A DNA stretch of 64,000 nucleotides from an uncultured bacterium. GTDB lineage: Bacteria; Babelota; Babeliae; Babelales; RVW-14. Below are positions 50,980 through 61,290 of this stretch, piece after piece. The position numbers and the translations under genes are program-made. Positions within the stretch are counted from its first letter, which is position 1; the number at the start of each line of letters is the position of its first letter. The notes under the pieces are model-generated. The model was not told the DNA's origin. It searched no databases and was given only the letters and a program-made list of their open reading frames with translations. The stretch spans positions 1 to 64,000 of the forward strand of contig CAVXAT010000008.1 in assembly GCA_963759805.1 (NCBI GenBank), read 5' to 3'.

Positions 50980-52124
50980 ACCTTTTTAATAATTCCAACA
51001 ATTTTTTTAATATCATTGTCGCTCAAACCTGGATGCAATGGCAAAGAAAGTGTTTTTTGATAATACCGTTCAGCCTCTGGGTAATCACCAACTTTAAAAC
51101 CAAGTTTCTGAAAATATGGTTGTGTATGCACAGGAATATAATGAACTTGTAGCCAAAGGCCATGCTGTTTTAATTTTTCAAACAGCTCTTTTTTATTAAT
51201 TTTAATTTTATCAAAATCAATCATCAGCGGCCAGAGGTGCCAAGCGGATTTTGAGTATCCCTGCTCTTGTAAAAAGCCAAATCGCGCATCACCTGCAAAA
51301 AGTTGCTTGTAAATCTCAACAATTTCTCTCCGCCGTTTTATAAATTTGCCGATTCGTTTGAGCTGAGAAAGACCTAGTGCAGCTTGGACATCGGTCATCC
51401 TGTAATTATATCCAAGCTCAATCATCTGGTGGCACCAACCACCATCACAGTGGAACATTTTTTGTGGATCACGGGTTATGCCATAAGAACGTAATAACAG
51501 AAGTTTTTCATACAATTCTTTGCTATTTGTGGTAATGGCACCCCCCTCTCCGGAAGTTATTGTTTTAACCGGGTGGAAAGAAAATATGGTCATGTCTGAA
51601 AATTCGCATGCACCAATTTTTTTGCTTTTATATTCAGAGCCAATTGCATGTGCAGCATCTTCGACTATAAATAGATTATGTTTTTTGGCTATTTCGTAAA
51701 TCTTTTGCATATCACATGGCTGTCCTGCAAAGTGAACAGGGACTATGCCCCAAGTTTTTGATGTAATCTGTTTTTTGATTTTTTCTGGATCTATACAAGC
51801 TATTTCTGGATCGATATCTGCAAATTTTACGATTCCACCAGTGTACAAAACACAGATTGCTGAAGCTAAAAACGTGTTTGGGGTAGTAATTACCTCGTCT
51901 CCGGACTTAACACCAAGCGCAAGCATGCATAAATGAAGTGCAGCGCCACCGTTGCTGACAACAACAGCATACTTTGCACCGGTGTAACTACAAAGTGCAT
52001 CTTCAAACTCTTTAATCTTTGGCCCTTGGGTCAACCAGTCCGATCTTAGAACCTTTACTACCTCCCAAATATCTCGTAAAGATATTGACTGCTTGCCGTA
52101 GGTATAAATCTTTTTTGAAAACAT
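50970..52124 (-). CDS. pseC: UDP-4-amino-4,6-dideoxy-N-acetyl-beta-L-altrosamine transaminase
   Basis: YGKQSI, WLTQGP, EDAAHAIG, SFHPVKTITSGEGG, GYNYR, VHYIPVH. Confidence 0.92.
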   Translation of the reverse strand: MFSKKIYTYGKQSISLRDIWEVVKVLRSDWLTQGPKIKEFEDALCSYTGAKYAVVVSNGGAALHLCMLALGVKSGDEVITTPNTFLASAICVLYTGGIVKFADIDPEIACIDPEKIKKQITSKTWGIVPVHFAGQPCDMQKIYEIAKKHNLFIVEDAAHAIGSEYKSKKIGACEFSDMTIFSFHPVKTITSGEGGAITTNSKELYEKLLLLRSYGITRDPQKMFHCDGGWCHQMIELGYNYRMTDVQAALGLSQLKRIGKFIKRRREIVEIYKQLFAGDARFGFLQEQGYSKSAWHLWPLMIDFDKIKINKKELFEKLKQHGLWLQVHYIPVHTQPYFQKLGFKVGDYPEAERYYQKTLSLPLHPGLSDNDIKKIVGIIKKVCV

Positions 52125-52302
52125 TCTACTCTCCTGAACACATAAAACATAGTTACCATGTTACACGTCATAACCAAGAGCTCAATCGCAACAATCTGTA
52201 TCATATCAAGACTATTTGTTCTGACAAGATTGCCCCTTTATCAAAAATAGATAGAATACATTTGTGGTGCTAAATCAAGATTGCTAAAAAAGGAGATTTC
52301 GT

Positions 52303-54015
52303 ATGTCTGTTTTTAAAAAATATGAAGTATTATATCCCTACATAATAATCCTATGCATAGGCATTTTGGCATTTATCATTCCATGTAAAACGTGGAACTT
52401 TGTAGGAGAATCCTATCCATCAATTTACGGCATTACTAATATCAAAAATTTGAACACTTTTATAACCGGTAACATCCTGGAAAACATGAATAGCAATACA
52501 GTAAACGTTTCAATTCAACCTAAAAATCTTACATTTTTCAATTCAATTTATCGTCCCGCGCTTTTGCTTACATATCTCATTGAATACAAACTATTTGGGA
52601 TAAATGCGTATCTTTATTATTTATTAATAATCTTGATTCATATTCTAAACTCTTTCTTACTTTTTTATTTGTTAACAAATTTGTTCAGTGGGATAGTCGC
52701 TCTATTTTGTACACTGTTTTTTACCATAAACCCCTCCCAATTCCTATCGATTGGAGAAGTATGTCGCCACCAAAACCAACTCTCACTGTTATTTTTTCTA
52801 CTTTCTATGCTCTTATTTAAAAAATTTTTAGAATCAAAAACAAATTTATTAGTTACTTTACCCGCAGGCATTTTGTATCTTTTATGTATATTGATGAGGG
52901 AAACATTTCTCGTCGCACCGTTTTTGGTAGTACTGGCAATCCCACTGGTTTATAAGCACAAGTTCACACTCAAAAAAATATTATTTATTCTTTCAATGTT
53001 GCTTACAGCGATATTGATATATTTTATAATGCGACGAATAGGCTATCCGCTTGCAATAAACTCTTCACACAACCCTTTTATTTTTGGGGGAGAAATGCTT
53101 TATAGCATACCCAAATATATTATTTCGTTTGCAAAAGAACTGTACCTAATTTTTGTATCAATATTTTTTTATCATAAATTTTATTTCTTCTGTGAAGTGC
53201 ATAATCTGGTTTTTTTATATAAAATTATTAAAGATTCCTTAATTGTAGGCCTCATAATTTTGTTTATTTTAAATACACAAAAAAAATTATTTTTATATTT
53301 TTCCATCTGCTTTATTGCAGCTTCATGGCCATTTTTTGTTATAAAGGCACTGTCCTCAATGAATATCTTCTGTTATTTTTATGAATCTTTACCATTTGCA
53401 GCTGCTGCTCTTGGGACGCTTTTATACTATAATTCATACACAAAATCAAAACTATTTAAAATAATTTTTTATACAGCTTCTACTCTTTTCGTTGTATCCA
53501 ATACAGCAGGAATGATGATTTATCAACACAGGTGTTCTACGGCAGGAGAGAAATTTAAGAATGGAATCAAAAATTTAAAACTCGATAACAATGAAATTTT
53601 ACAAGATAAGGTATTTTTAATCACAAATGTAAAAAACATTTTAGGAAGTAGATTCGGAACTGCACACGCCTTTCAATTAAATTTCATGGAAAACAAAAAA
53701 CCAAAAGCCGTTTTACTCAGCCTTGATATATATTCATTAAATAACGATCTTACTCAATATTTGGATGTAAATTTTGATAATGATGGCTCAAAAATCACGC
53801 TCAAAAGCAAAAACACAGATTTACTTTGGTTTGAGATAAATAACCTGCAAGAAGAGGATTTAAATAGTTGCGTAGAAAAATTTGAGGCAAACATAAAATC
53901 CGAACAAAAAATATATGATTTAACGATCGTTTTAAAAAATGATTTTATAACCCAAAAGCAGGCGCTAATTATTTGGGATGACAATTGCAATAAATTTCAC
54001 GTTAAATCCAGATGA
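52303..54015 (+). CDS. GT-C-like polytopic membrane protein (intact paralog)
   Basis: IYRPA, EYKLFGINAY, RET, YESLPF, IWDD..NKF. Confidence 0.75.
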   Translation: MSVFKKYEVLYPYIIILCIGILAFIIPCKTWNFVGESYPSIYGITNIKNLNTFITGNILENMNSNTVNVSIQPKNLTFFNSIYRPALLLTYLIEYKLFGINAYLYYLLIILIHILNSFLLFYLLTNLFSGIVALFCTLFFTINPSQFLSIGEVCRHQNQLSLLFFLLSMLLFKKFLESKTNLLVTLPAGILYLLCILMRETFLVAPFLVVLAIPLVYKHKFTLKKILFILSMLLTAILIYFIMRRIGYPLAINSSHNPFIFGGEMLYSIPKYIISFAKELYLIFVSIFFYHKFYFFCEVHNLVFLYKIIKDSLIVGLIILFILNTQKKLFLYFSICFIAASWPFFVIKALSSMNIFCYFYESLPFAAAALGTLLYYNSYTKSKLFKIIFYTASTLFVVSNTAGMMIYQHRCSTAGEKFKNGIKNLKLDNNEILQDKVFLITNVKNILGSRFGTAHAFQLNFMENKKPKAVLLSLDIYSLNNDLTQYLDVNFDNDGSKITLKSKNTDLLWFEINNLQEEDLNSCVEKFEANIKSEQKIYDLTIVLKNDFITQKQALIIWDDNCNKFHVKSR

Positions 54016-54042
54016 AACAGTCCCAAAGCTACAAAGAGTGTA

Positions 54043-54690
54043 TTAACGTCGAATGCGAACCGTGCGCAACACCCTTATAAATTCAAGATTCAAAACCCAA
54101 TTTAAAGAATAATACAAAACAACCATGCCGCAAGCCATAACCAGGCGTTCAATAGCAACAACAGGAATTAATGCCAACCACTGTGTGCTTGTCATTGGCA
54201 CGGTATAAATCCAAATTATACTTCCAACGGCATGGGCCAAAAAGGTTGCTGACAAAGCCCGATAAAAAGTGTTTCTGTAGTTAAAAACATAAAGAGTAAT
54301 GGGAATAAGCCAGTAAAATGAGTATAAAAACGCTTCGCCTCCAACCGGATGAGTTATAAACAAAATCATGCATGATAGGGGTAAAATTACATGCAGTAAG
54401 AAATCTATTTTTTTAGATTTGGCAGCCCAACTACAAGTTGCAACAAGCGTTGGGAGCCCCATTGTTAAAATTCCAAATCCAACAGATAATTTAAGAATAA
54501 ATAAAGAACAAATTAATAACATAGAAACGGGCAAACTGAAAAATGCACCGATAACTGGCAAAATAAAATTAATTCCTGAGAAAAAGAATTTGTGGGATCC
54601 AAGCATGAAACTTAGTTTAAATAGAGATAAAAGACTTATGCAAAGTCCAAACATGCTTAAAAGCAAACATTTCTTAATAAAATCGTTCAT
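54043..54690 (-). CDS. Hypothetical integral membrane protein (possibly ECF S-component-like)
   Basis: About 6-7 TM helices; TFLAHAVGS and LIPVVAIER motifs; function not recognised. Confidence 0.55.
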   Translation of the reverse strand: MNDFIKKCLLLSMFGLCISLLSLFKLSFMLGSHKFFFSGINFILPVIGAFFSLPVSMLLICSLFILKLSVGFGILTMGLPTLVATCSWAAKSKKIDFLLHVILPLSCMILFITHPVGGEAFLYSFYWLIPITLYVFNYRNTFYRALSATFLAHAVGSIIWIYTVPMTSTQWLALIPVVAIERLVMACGMVVLYYSLNWVLNLEFIRVLRTVRIRR

Positions 54691-54755
54691 GGCAACCCCT
54701 ATCAAAGAATAGCGACCTAAATAAAACTAACATAAAAATATATACATAAAATTTA

Positions 54756-55127
54756 ACGCCAGTTCGATAACTATTCGACAACTAATTATTTCTTAGATTT
54801 CTGTCCTGAATACTCTTTGGAGCGAAATTTTTCCGCCGTCAACCATGGCCAAAGACTGTGTCATGCTGAATTTATTTCAGCCCCGTCCGCCATAGCCACG
54901 AGTGCAACGAGGGCGACGGCTGGAATCCATGGATAAATTAAGTTCATAATATTTTTTATATGAATTTTACTAATCCATGGATCCTGAAACGAGTTCAGGA
55001 TGACAAACTAGACTGATGAAAGCAATCTAACGCTTCAAACAGTTGCAAAATAAATTCAGGATGACAAAGTATTCCAAAGCTCATACAATGCACATGTAAG
55101 CCAATTTCAAAGTCATCGAGTTTGCGT
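54756..55127. mobile_element. MITE-like element B with nested palindromic core
   Basis: ACGCCAGTTCGATAAC ... GTCATCGAGTTTGCGT; core 54859-55005 with a 43-nt hairpin insert at 54882-54924; extra half-arm at 55048-55066. Confidence 0.7.
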
Positions 55128-55185
55128 TAATTTTATGTATCATATCAAGATTAATCTGAACAATCTACCCAGATTGTAGAATTTT

Positions 55186-56736
55186 CTAGCTATCAGTTTT
55201 GTCGAGTAGATTCTTTTGCACAACAGCCTCCAGCATTTTGATTTCCTCATCTGTAAGCATCTTGAAATGAGTTGCCCTTTTACCTTGCGAAAGCGTGCCA
55301 TTGTTTTGTGTCGTAACTCTTATGAATAAATCAAGCTGTTGGTCAGGCATGTCAACGATTTGGCTGAGCTCTTTCTTTGTTTTGTCATAATTTGTTAAAT
55401 ACAAAAGTTCTTTCTTAAAATCAGTGTGAATTGTTTTCTCAATACATGATGCCAGATACTCTGCCTGAGCCGTGTAATCTATATACTTATAAAATTGTGC
55501 AGTTTTCTGTTTAACCGTTAAAACCCCATCATCATTTACTTCGTAATCTGAAATCAAAGACATAAGTGGTTTTGAAAAGCGTTCGAGAGTCTCATTGTAG
55601 CGCTGCATGTCGGCAAGTATGGTATCTGAGATCGGAAATATTGTACCGGCAGGAACAAATCCGGTTCTGTGTAAAATATAGTGAATTAAAAAACGATGCA
55701 AACGACCGTTGCCATCATCAAATGGATGTATAAAAACAAATCCGAATGAAATTGCTGAAGCAATAACAATTGGATGAACACCACTCTCAAGCATGCGCTC
55801 AAGCTCTGCTAGTAGCCCCGTCATTAAGGCATTAACATCTTCAGGCTTGGGTGAAATATAGTAAATGAGTTGATCGTACCAGTCCAGTTTTTGACCAACA
55901 TAATTTTGGGTTGTTCTATAAGAATTATTTACAAACCTATCTTCAACCAAACTGTTTTGAAGTTTTATAAGAATTTCATTTGTTAAATTTGGAACTTCCT
56001 CAACTTTTTTTATAAGTTGGATAAATCTTGCTAACCGTTGCTTGCTTGGAACCTCACGTTCAATCTGATAAGATGACATTGTTTCTTTGGCGTACAAGTA
56101 ATTGCTTGCTCGATTGATTATTTGTTGATCGTACGATTTAACTATATCCCTGGCCACAATATCAAGCTTTTTATGCTCAATGGACTTCAATAAATCAGTC
56201 TTTCTCACAAATGAGCAAAAGTAAATTGAGCCAAAAAGATTATGATTAATTCGATAACGTCGATGCTGAATGGATTTTGCGGCGTAGTACTCTTCTTCAT
56301 CCAGCAAATCAACGTAAGAACCCTGCTCCAAATCCGGAACTTCAAGATCTATTCCGGTTAATTTTTCATAAAGATACCAAACCATGCGTTGATATTTACC
56401 CGTTCGTTGCTCTTCTATAAACTTTTGTACGATTTTATTTGGGACATGGTCACTTGTAATGCAGTTAAAAAAAGCCGAAATTATTTCAAGATTTAAGCCC
56501 TCATGCTTAAGCGCAAATACAAGATTTTGCATTGAATCATCCGGATTATCAAGAACATACCCTTGGTCATAGAGGTAAATTTCCGGCATAGAAAGATTAG
56601 TTGGGTCTTTCAGAACCTTTCTGGCCCCAGATTCAATAATATAAGACCAACGAAAATGCGGTATTACATTAAGTTTATAATTATTGACCAGCCACAAATA
56701 TCCAACCGGCTTTGCCTTTGGCGGAATGATCTCCAT
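55186..56736 (-). CDS. Fic domain protein
   Basis: Canonical HPFDDGNGRLHR motif. Confidence 0.92.
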   Translation of the reverse strand: MEIIPPKAKPVGYLWLVNNYKLNVIPHFRWSYIIESGARKVLKDPTNLSMPEIYLYDQGYVLDNPDDSMQNLVFALKHEGLNLEIISAFFNCITSDHVPNKIVQKFIEEQRTGKYQRMVWYLYEKLTGIDLEVPDLEQGSYVDLLDEEEYYAAKSIQHRRYRINHNLFGSIYFCSFVRKTDLLKSIEHKKLDIVARDIVKSYDQQIINRASNYLYAKETMSSYQIEREVPSKQRLARFIQLIKKVEEVPNLTNEILIKLQNSLVEDRFVNNSYRTTQNYVGQKLDWYDQLIYYISPKPEDVNALMTGLLAELERMLESGVHPIVIASAISFGFVFIHPFDDGNGRLHRFLIHYILHRTGFVPAGTIFPISDTILADMQRYNETLERFSKPLMSLISDYEVNDDGVLTVKQKTAQFYKYIDYTAQAEYLASCIEKTIHTDFKKELLYLTNYDKTKKELSQIVDMPDQQLDLFIRVTTQNNGTLSQGKRATHFKMLTDEEIKMLEAVVQKNLLDKTDS

Positions 56737-57050
56737 AGTTACTACTCCTATTTTCTACGAAAAGCTAATTTTCCACACCATTTTTATTATAATAACACAA
56801 TTTTACACGAAAACTATATAACTTGATATTTAATACACGAATTTAATATTACTGAAACTGCGCGCCCTGTAAAATTTCAATGCTCTATTTTTGGTCAAAA
56901 ACCCAAGTGAAGCAAAATTCTTATAATATAAACTCTTGTTTGAGTAAGTTTCATGCGATTTTAACTAATTTAAACCATCTCTGGATCATTGCTTAGAAAT
57001 AGCTTATGCTATTCATGTAGTCGAGTACATAAATAGCATAAGGAGAATCC

Positions 57051-58244
57051 ATGTTTTTAGAAAGATCCATTACCGATATGCTTCTTCGTTTCGCAAAATT
57101 TCCGGTTGTTGGCCTCTTTGGCCCGCGACAGTCAGGAAAAACAACTCTGGTTAAAGCAGTTTTTAAAAATCACCGTTACCTCAACTTTGAAGATCCTGAA
57201 ACACGAGAACTTGCCACAACCGACCCAAAGCGTTTTTTACAGGAGAATGAAAACAAGCATGGCGTTATTTTGGATGAGTTTCAGTATGTTCCCCAAATTC
57301 TTTCGTACGTACAAATAGAGTCTGATGAAAAAAAACGGCCGGGGTATTTTGTTTTGACGGGTTCTCAAAATTTTTTGATGAATCAAGCTGTTACGCAATC
57401 ATTAGCAGGCAGAATTGGAATTCTTACACTTCTTCCATTATCAATCAAAGAACTCAAACAAAATAATCTATTATCCCAATCCGTTAATGAACTAATTCTA
57501 AAGGGTGGTTATCCCAAAATCTATACTGAAAAATTTGACCCAGGCGAGCTTTATCCTTCCTATATTCATTCCTATGTCGAACGTGATATTCGTCAACTGG
57601 TTAACGTTGAAAACTTAAGAACATTTCAACGGTTCATGCAACTATGCGCAGGAAGAATTGGTCAACTTCTGAATATTTCTGATATAGCAATGAACTGTGG
57701 AATTAATAGCAGAACAGCAGAAAAATGGCTTTCTATTTTACAAGCAAGTTATATAATTTTTTTATTAAGTCCTTATCACGAAAATTTCAATAAACGTGTA
57801 ACTAAAACACCAAAACTTTATTTTTATGATACCGGTCTTGCCTGCTCTTTGTTAGATCTTAAATCACCTGAAACCATATCGCTAAGTCCTTTTCGCGGTC
57901 ACCTTTTTGAGTCATTTATAATTGCAGATTTATTTAAACAGTACTTCAGCCTTGGAACCAATGCTCCATTGTATTTTTGGCGTGATAAAAATGGCTACAT
58001 TGAGATAGATTGTCTTATTAACATGGGCAATAAACTCGTACCAATTGAGGTCAAATCGGGCCAAACGATTATGACTGATTTTTTTGATGGACTTTCGAAA
58101 TGGAATGTAATAGCAGAATCTTCACCAGACAATGGATATGTCATTTATGGTGGTGATGCTGTACAAAAACGTAGTGCAGGAAACATTATTGGTTGGCAGA
58201 CATCAGGCGATTTAATTAATACCATAGAAAATAAAAGCCGTTAA
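57051..58244 (+). CDS. AAA_14/DUF4143-type ATP-binding protein
   Basis: GPRQSGKTT, LDEFQ, TGSQ, SLAGR, GGYP, PKLYFYDTGL, EID..IEVK. Confidence 0.88.
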   Translation: MFLERSITDMLLRFAKFPVVGLFGPRQSGKTTLVKAVFKNHRYLNFEDPETRELATTDPKRFLQENENKHGVILDEFQYVPQILSYVQIESDEKKRPGYFVLTGSQNFLMNQAVTQSLAGRIGILTLLPLSIKELKQNNLLSQSVNELILKGGYPKIYTEKFDPGELYPSYIHSYVERDIRQLVNVENLRTFQRFMQLCAGRIGQLLNISDIAMNCGINSRTAEKWLSILQASYIIFLLSPYHENFNKRVTKTPKLYFYDTGLACSLLDLKSPETISLSPFRGHLFESFIIADLFKQYFSLGTNAPLYFWRDKNGYIEIDCLINMGNKLVPIEVKSGQTIMTDFFDGLSKWNVIAESSPDNGYVIYGGDAVQKRSAGNIIGWQTSGDLINTIENKSR

Positions 58245-58260
58245 TTTTTGTGCTAATCTA

Positions 58261-58654
58261 ACGCCAGTTCGAGAATTAGTTACGGCTTTATTTTTGCTCT
58301 AAATGTTCTTTGTTAAGCATTTTTGCCGTGCACGCCGTAGCATTTCAAATGCGAAGGCTGTGTCATGCTGCCGTGCCCGCCGAAGCGGCGAGCTATCCTT
58401 CGCCCAGGTGGCTACGGAGGCCGGCGCGAAGGCTGGGAACTCGTTTCAGCATCCATGGATAAATTTATTCCAAATTTCTGCAATTGGGCAATAGGAGCAA
58501 CTAATCCATGGATTCCAGCCGTCGCCAAGGCTATGGCGGACAGGCCTGAAATAAATTCAGGATGACACCGTTCTCACTCGAGGCTTCTGTGGGAACAGCA
58601 AAAAACATCTTTCAGTAGCTGTTTCCAGTGAGTATCGAGTTATCGAGTTCGCGT
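58261..58654. mobile_element. MITE-like element C with multiply nested palindromic core
   Basis: TAATCTA|ACGCCAGTTCGAGAA ... TTATCGAGTTCGCGT|TATCTA; core 58361-58567 nearly identical to A, with inserts at 58371-58437 and 58514-58544; another hairpin at 58326-58360. Confidence 0.75.
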
Positions 58655-59781
58655 TATCTAGAATCATGCCTAAAAACTTTTTGCATGGCTGATTCCTTTG
58701 GATGAAATTCATCAAAAAAATCACTGTCTTCTAAATGATTTATTGATGGATCAAAATCCCCAACAACTTTTATCCCGTTTTTTTGTGCAATATTTATAAA
58801 ATAATCTCGCACAGAGCAAACCAATTTATATTTCTCAGAAGCTTTTAATAACTCGTATGCTTTTGGATGATATGGCGTCAGAAAGAAAGTTACCGATACT
58901 TTATCATGCAACAATAGTTTGATAAAAAGCTCAAACAGCATAGCTGTTCCCGCGTCAATCCTGTTAAAATTACCCAAATGAGCAAAGCCCTTTTCTTTGA
59001 TACCCGCAAGAACCTGGTGATTGACTTCCTCAACACTTCTCGACCTTCGAACTAATCCATAATTTATACTTCCGTCAGCAAGCATTACTTCAGAGACGGC
59101 AAAATTTTCTTTTGTTGGATAAAAAACACCAATGCCTTTAAATCCACACTCATGTAATAAAACGTTTACAACATACATCAATGAATTTCGAAATAAATCT
59201 ATTGAGACTAAGCGTTGTGCAAATTCCAATGATTTTTCAGCAATCTGCTTATGACTATCAGGACCGTCAGAGAAGCTAAATATAGAGAAAACACTAGAGT
59301 CAATTGTAGATAGAAAATCTGAGTCAACTTCCATAAACTTATCTTTAATTACATCCATCAAGTCGCTTTGAGATTTACCTTTTAAAAGCCATACATCAAG
59401 GCCTAAGATTACATGCGACGGAACAAGTCCTTTTTCTCGCCATAAAAAATAAAAATAAATAAAATTTTCGAGTCGACCATCTGTAACGCTTGTGTTAAAA
59501 AAAGTTTTGCTAGGGAACAACTTGCTGTTAATTCCCAATGAACGGCTTGAGCCAAACACAAGGGTGTCTTTTTCTTGTGCAGCACTCTTTGCATAAAACT
59601 CTTTTATACAACAGTCGCCGCATGTGTACGCATTGGCAATGTTGTACCCTTGCAGGAGGTAATGCGCAGCTTCGCGTGCATTGTTTTGTAAAAGATTTGT
59701 TTTTTCTACAATGTAATTAACTGCTACTATAAATATGGGGATTGGCAGCAGGTACATCATTTTTTTTAAAAAAATATTCAT
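58654..59781 (-). CDS. SGNH/DltD-like periplasmic partner of the MBOAT acyltransferase
   Basis: N-terminal TM helix, FGSSR, C-terminal DEFH (DxxH); adjacent to MBOAT. Confidence 0.6.
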   Translation of the reverse strand: MNIFLKKMMYLLPIPIFIVAVNYIVEKTNLLQNNAREAAHYLLQGYNIANAYTCGDCCIKEFYAKSAAQEKDTLVFGSSRSLGINSKLFPSKTFFNTSVTDGRLENFIYFYFLWREKGLVPSHVILGLDVWLLKGKSQSDLMDVIKDKFMEVDSDFLSTIDSSVFSIFSFSDGPDSHKQIAEKSLEFAQRLVSIDLFRNSLMYVVNVLLHECGFKGIGVFYPTKENFAVSEVMLADGSINYGLVRRSRSVEEVNHQVLAGIKEKGFAHLGNFNRIDAGTAMLFELFIKLLLHDKVSVTFFLTPYHPKAYELLKASEKYKLVCSVRDYFINIAQKNGIKVVGDFDPSINHLEDSDFFDEFHPKESAMQKVFRHDSR

Positions 59782-59792
59782 GCGTATATCCC

Positions 59793-61250
59793 CTAAAATT
59801 GAAAGTAAATAAACCTTGAAGCCCCAAGCATGCCAAATAAAATAATGCTCCAAATAAGCAGATAATATAAAGCCCAGCGAACATAGGTTGGTTGGGCATT
59901 AACTCGCGCTATTAAATCATTACGATTAGCCCACAGTTGAATAGTTTCAAGTATTATTATCGAAGCTATCGCAATCAAAAAATCTACTTTTGATCGTCCA
60001 CAAAAAATTGACTCTATCCCACCGCCTCGAGAGGCACCCCATGGGCCATAAAATATTTTTTTTATAATAAGAAAAGCACCGGAAATACTTTCTGCTCTGA
60101 AAAAAATCCATGCAAAACAGATAAGCCCAAAAGTTATAGTAACTTGCAATGATTTATGTAGAGCAGGAAATTTATCAATCTTAATATATTGAACAAATGC
60201 TTTTCGCCATGATTTAGTGGCAGCACCAATGATAAGATAAACACCATTGAGAGCACCCCAAATAACATAGGTCCAATTTGCACCATGCCAAAGTCCGCTA
60301 AGTAAAAATGTTATAAAAAGATTTCTGTAAACTTTGCTGACAGACACACGGTTACCACCAAGCGGTATATACACATAATCACGAAACCAGTTAGAAAGTG
60401 AAATATGCCAACGTCGCCAAAATTCTGAAATTGATTTTGAGGCATAGGGCCGGTCAAAATTCAGCATCAACTTAAATCCCATAACTTGAGCGGCTCCAAG
60501 AGCAATGTCAGTATATCCTGAAAAATCACAGTAAATTTGATATGCAAAAAATATCGTTGCAACCGTAAGAGATGTCCCATCACGTGATGCCGTTTGTGTA
60601 TAAATTTGATTTACAAATAAAGCCAACCTGTCTGCAATAACCAGCTTTTTAAAAAATCCCCATGTCATTAATTTTAAACCGTCAGTTACCCGTTGATAAT
60701 CAAAATTATGTTTTTCATAAAACTGATGTAATAAATTTTGAGGGCGCTCGATTGGGCCTGCCACGAGTTGCGGATAAAACATCACATAAAGAGAGTATAT
60801 TCCAAAATGTCGCTCTGCTTTTTGCCGCCCGAAATAAACCTCTATCGTGTAACTCATGGCTTGAAAAGTATGGAATGATAAGCCAATTGGCAAGATTATA
60901 TCCAACTCAGGAATGGGGTTGGTAAATCCAAACCAATACGCCAAACCAGAAACACTACTGTTAAAAAAATTAAAATATTTAAAAAAACATAAAATCGATA
61001 AATTTGAAATTAGGCTTAGAAGCAAAAAAAGTTTTCTTCGATTATCCGAGGCACCTTCAATAAGAATTCCCGCTATATAATCAATAATTATCGTAAAAAA
61101 TAGAATCAAAATATAAACGGGAATAAAAGACATGTAGAAAATGCAGCTTGCTATCAGTAGCATAAGCCAGCGCCACCTGTGCGGCAAGATAAAGTACAAA
61201 CTTGTTACGATTGGAAAGAAAATTGCAAATTCAAGCGAATTAAAAAGCAT
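59793..61250 (-). CDS. MBOAT family O-acyltransferase (AlgI/DltB/PatA-like)
   Basis: MLFNS, LPIGLSFHTFQ, GPIER, YCDFSGY, FWRRWHISLS, GLWHGANW. Confidence 0.93.
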   Translation of the reverse strand: MLFNSLEFAIFFPIVTSLYFILPHRWRWLMLLIASCIFYMSFIPVYILILFFTIIIDYIAGILIEGASDNRRKLFLLLSLISNLSILCFFKYFNFFNSSVSGLAYWFGFTNPIPELDIILPIGLSFHTFQAMSYTIEVYFGRQKAERHFGIYSLYVMFYPQLVAGPIERPQNLLHQFYEKHNFDYQRVTDGLKLMTWGFFKKLVIADRLALFVNQIYTQTASRDGTSLTVATIFFAYQIYCDFSGYTDIALGAAQVMGFKLMLNFDRPYASKSISEFWRRWHISLSNWFRDYVYIPLGGNRVSVSKVYRNLFITFLLSGLWHGANWTYVIWGALNGVYLIIGAATKSWRKAFVQYIKIDKFPALHKSLQVTITFGLICFAWIFFRAESISGAFLIIKKIFYGPWGASRGGGIESIFCGRSKVDFLIAIASIIILETIQLWANRNDLIARVNAQPTYVRWALYYLLIWSIILFGMLGASRFIYFQF

Positions 61251-61290
61251 GGCGGCTGCTTAATTTAAAATAGTTAAAATGTTAGGGAAA

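Noticed and set aside
58303..58565. Short ORFs 58303..58494 and 58365..58565
   Set aside because: They are translations of the nested repeat, with no RBS or protein features.
3551..58567. Repeats as a CRISPR array
   Set aside because: Copies are dispersed and nested, not regularly spaced with unique spacers, and no cas genes are present.
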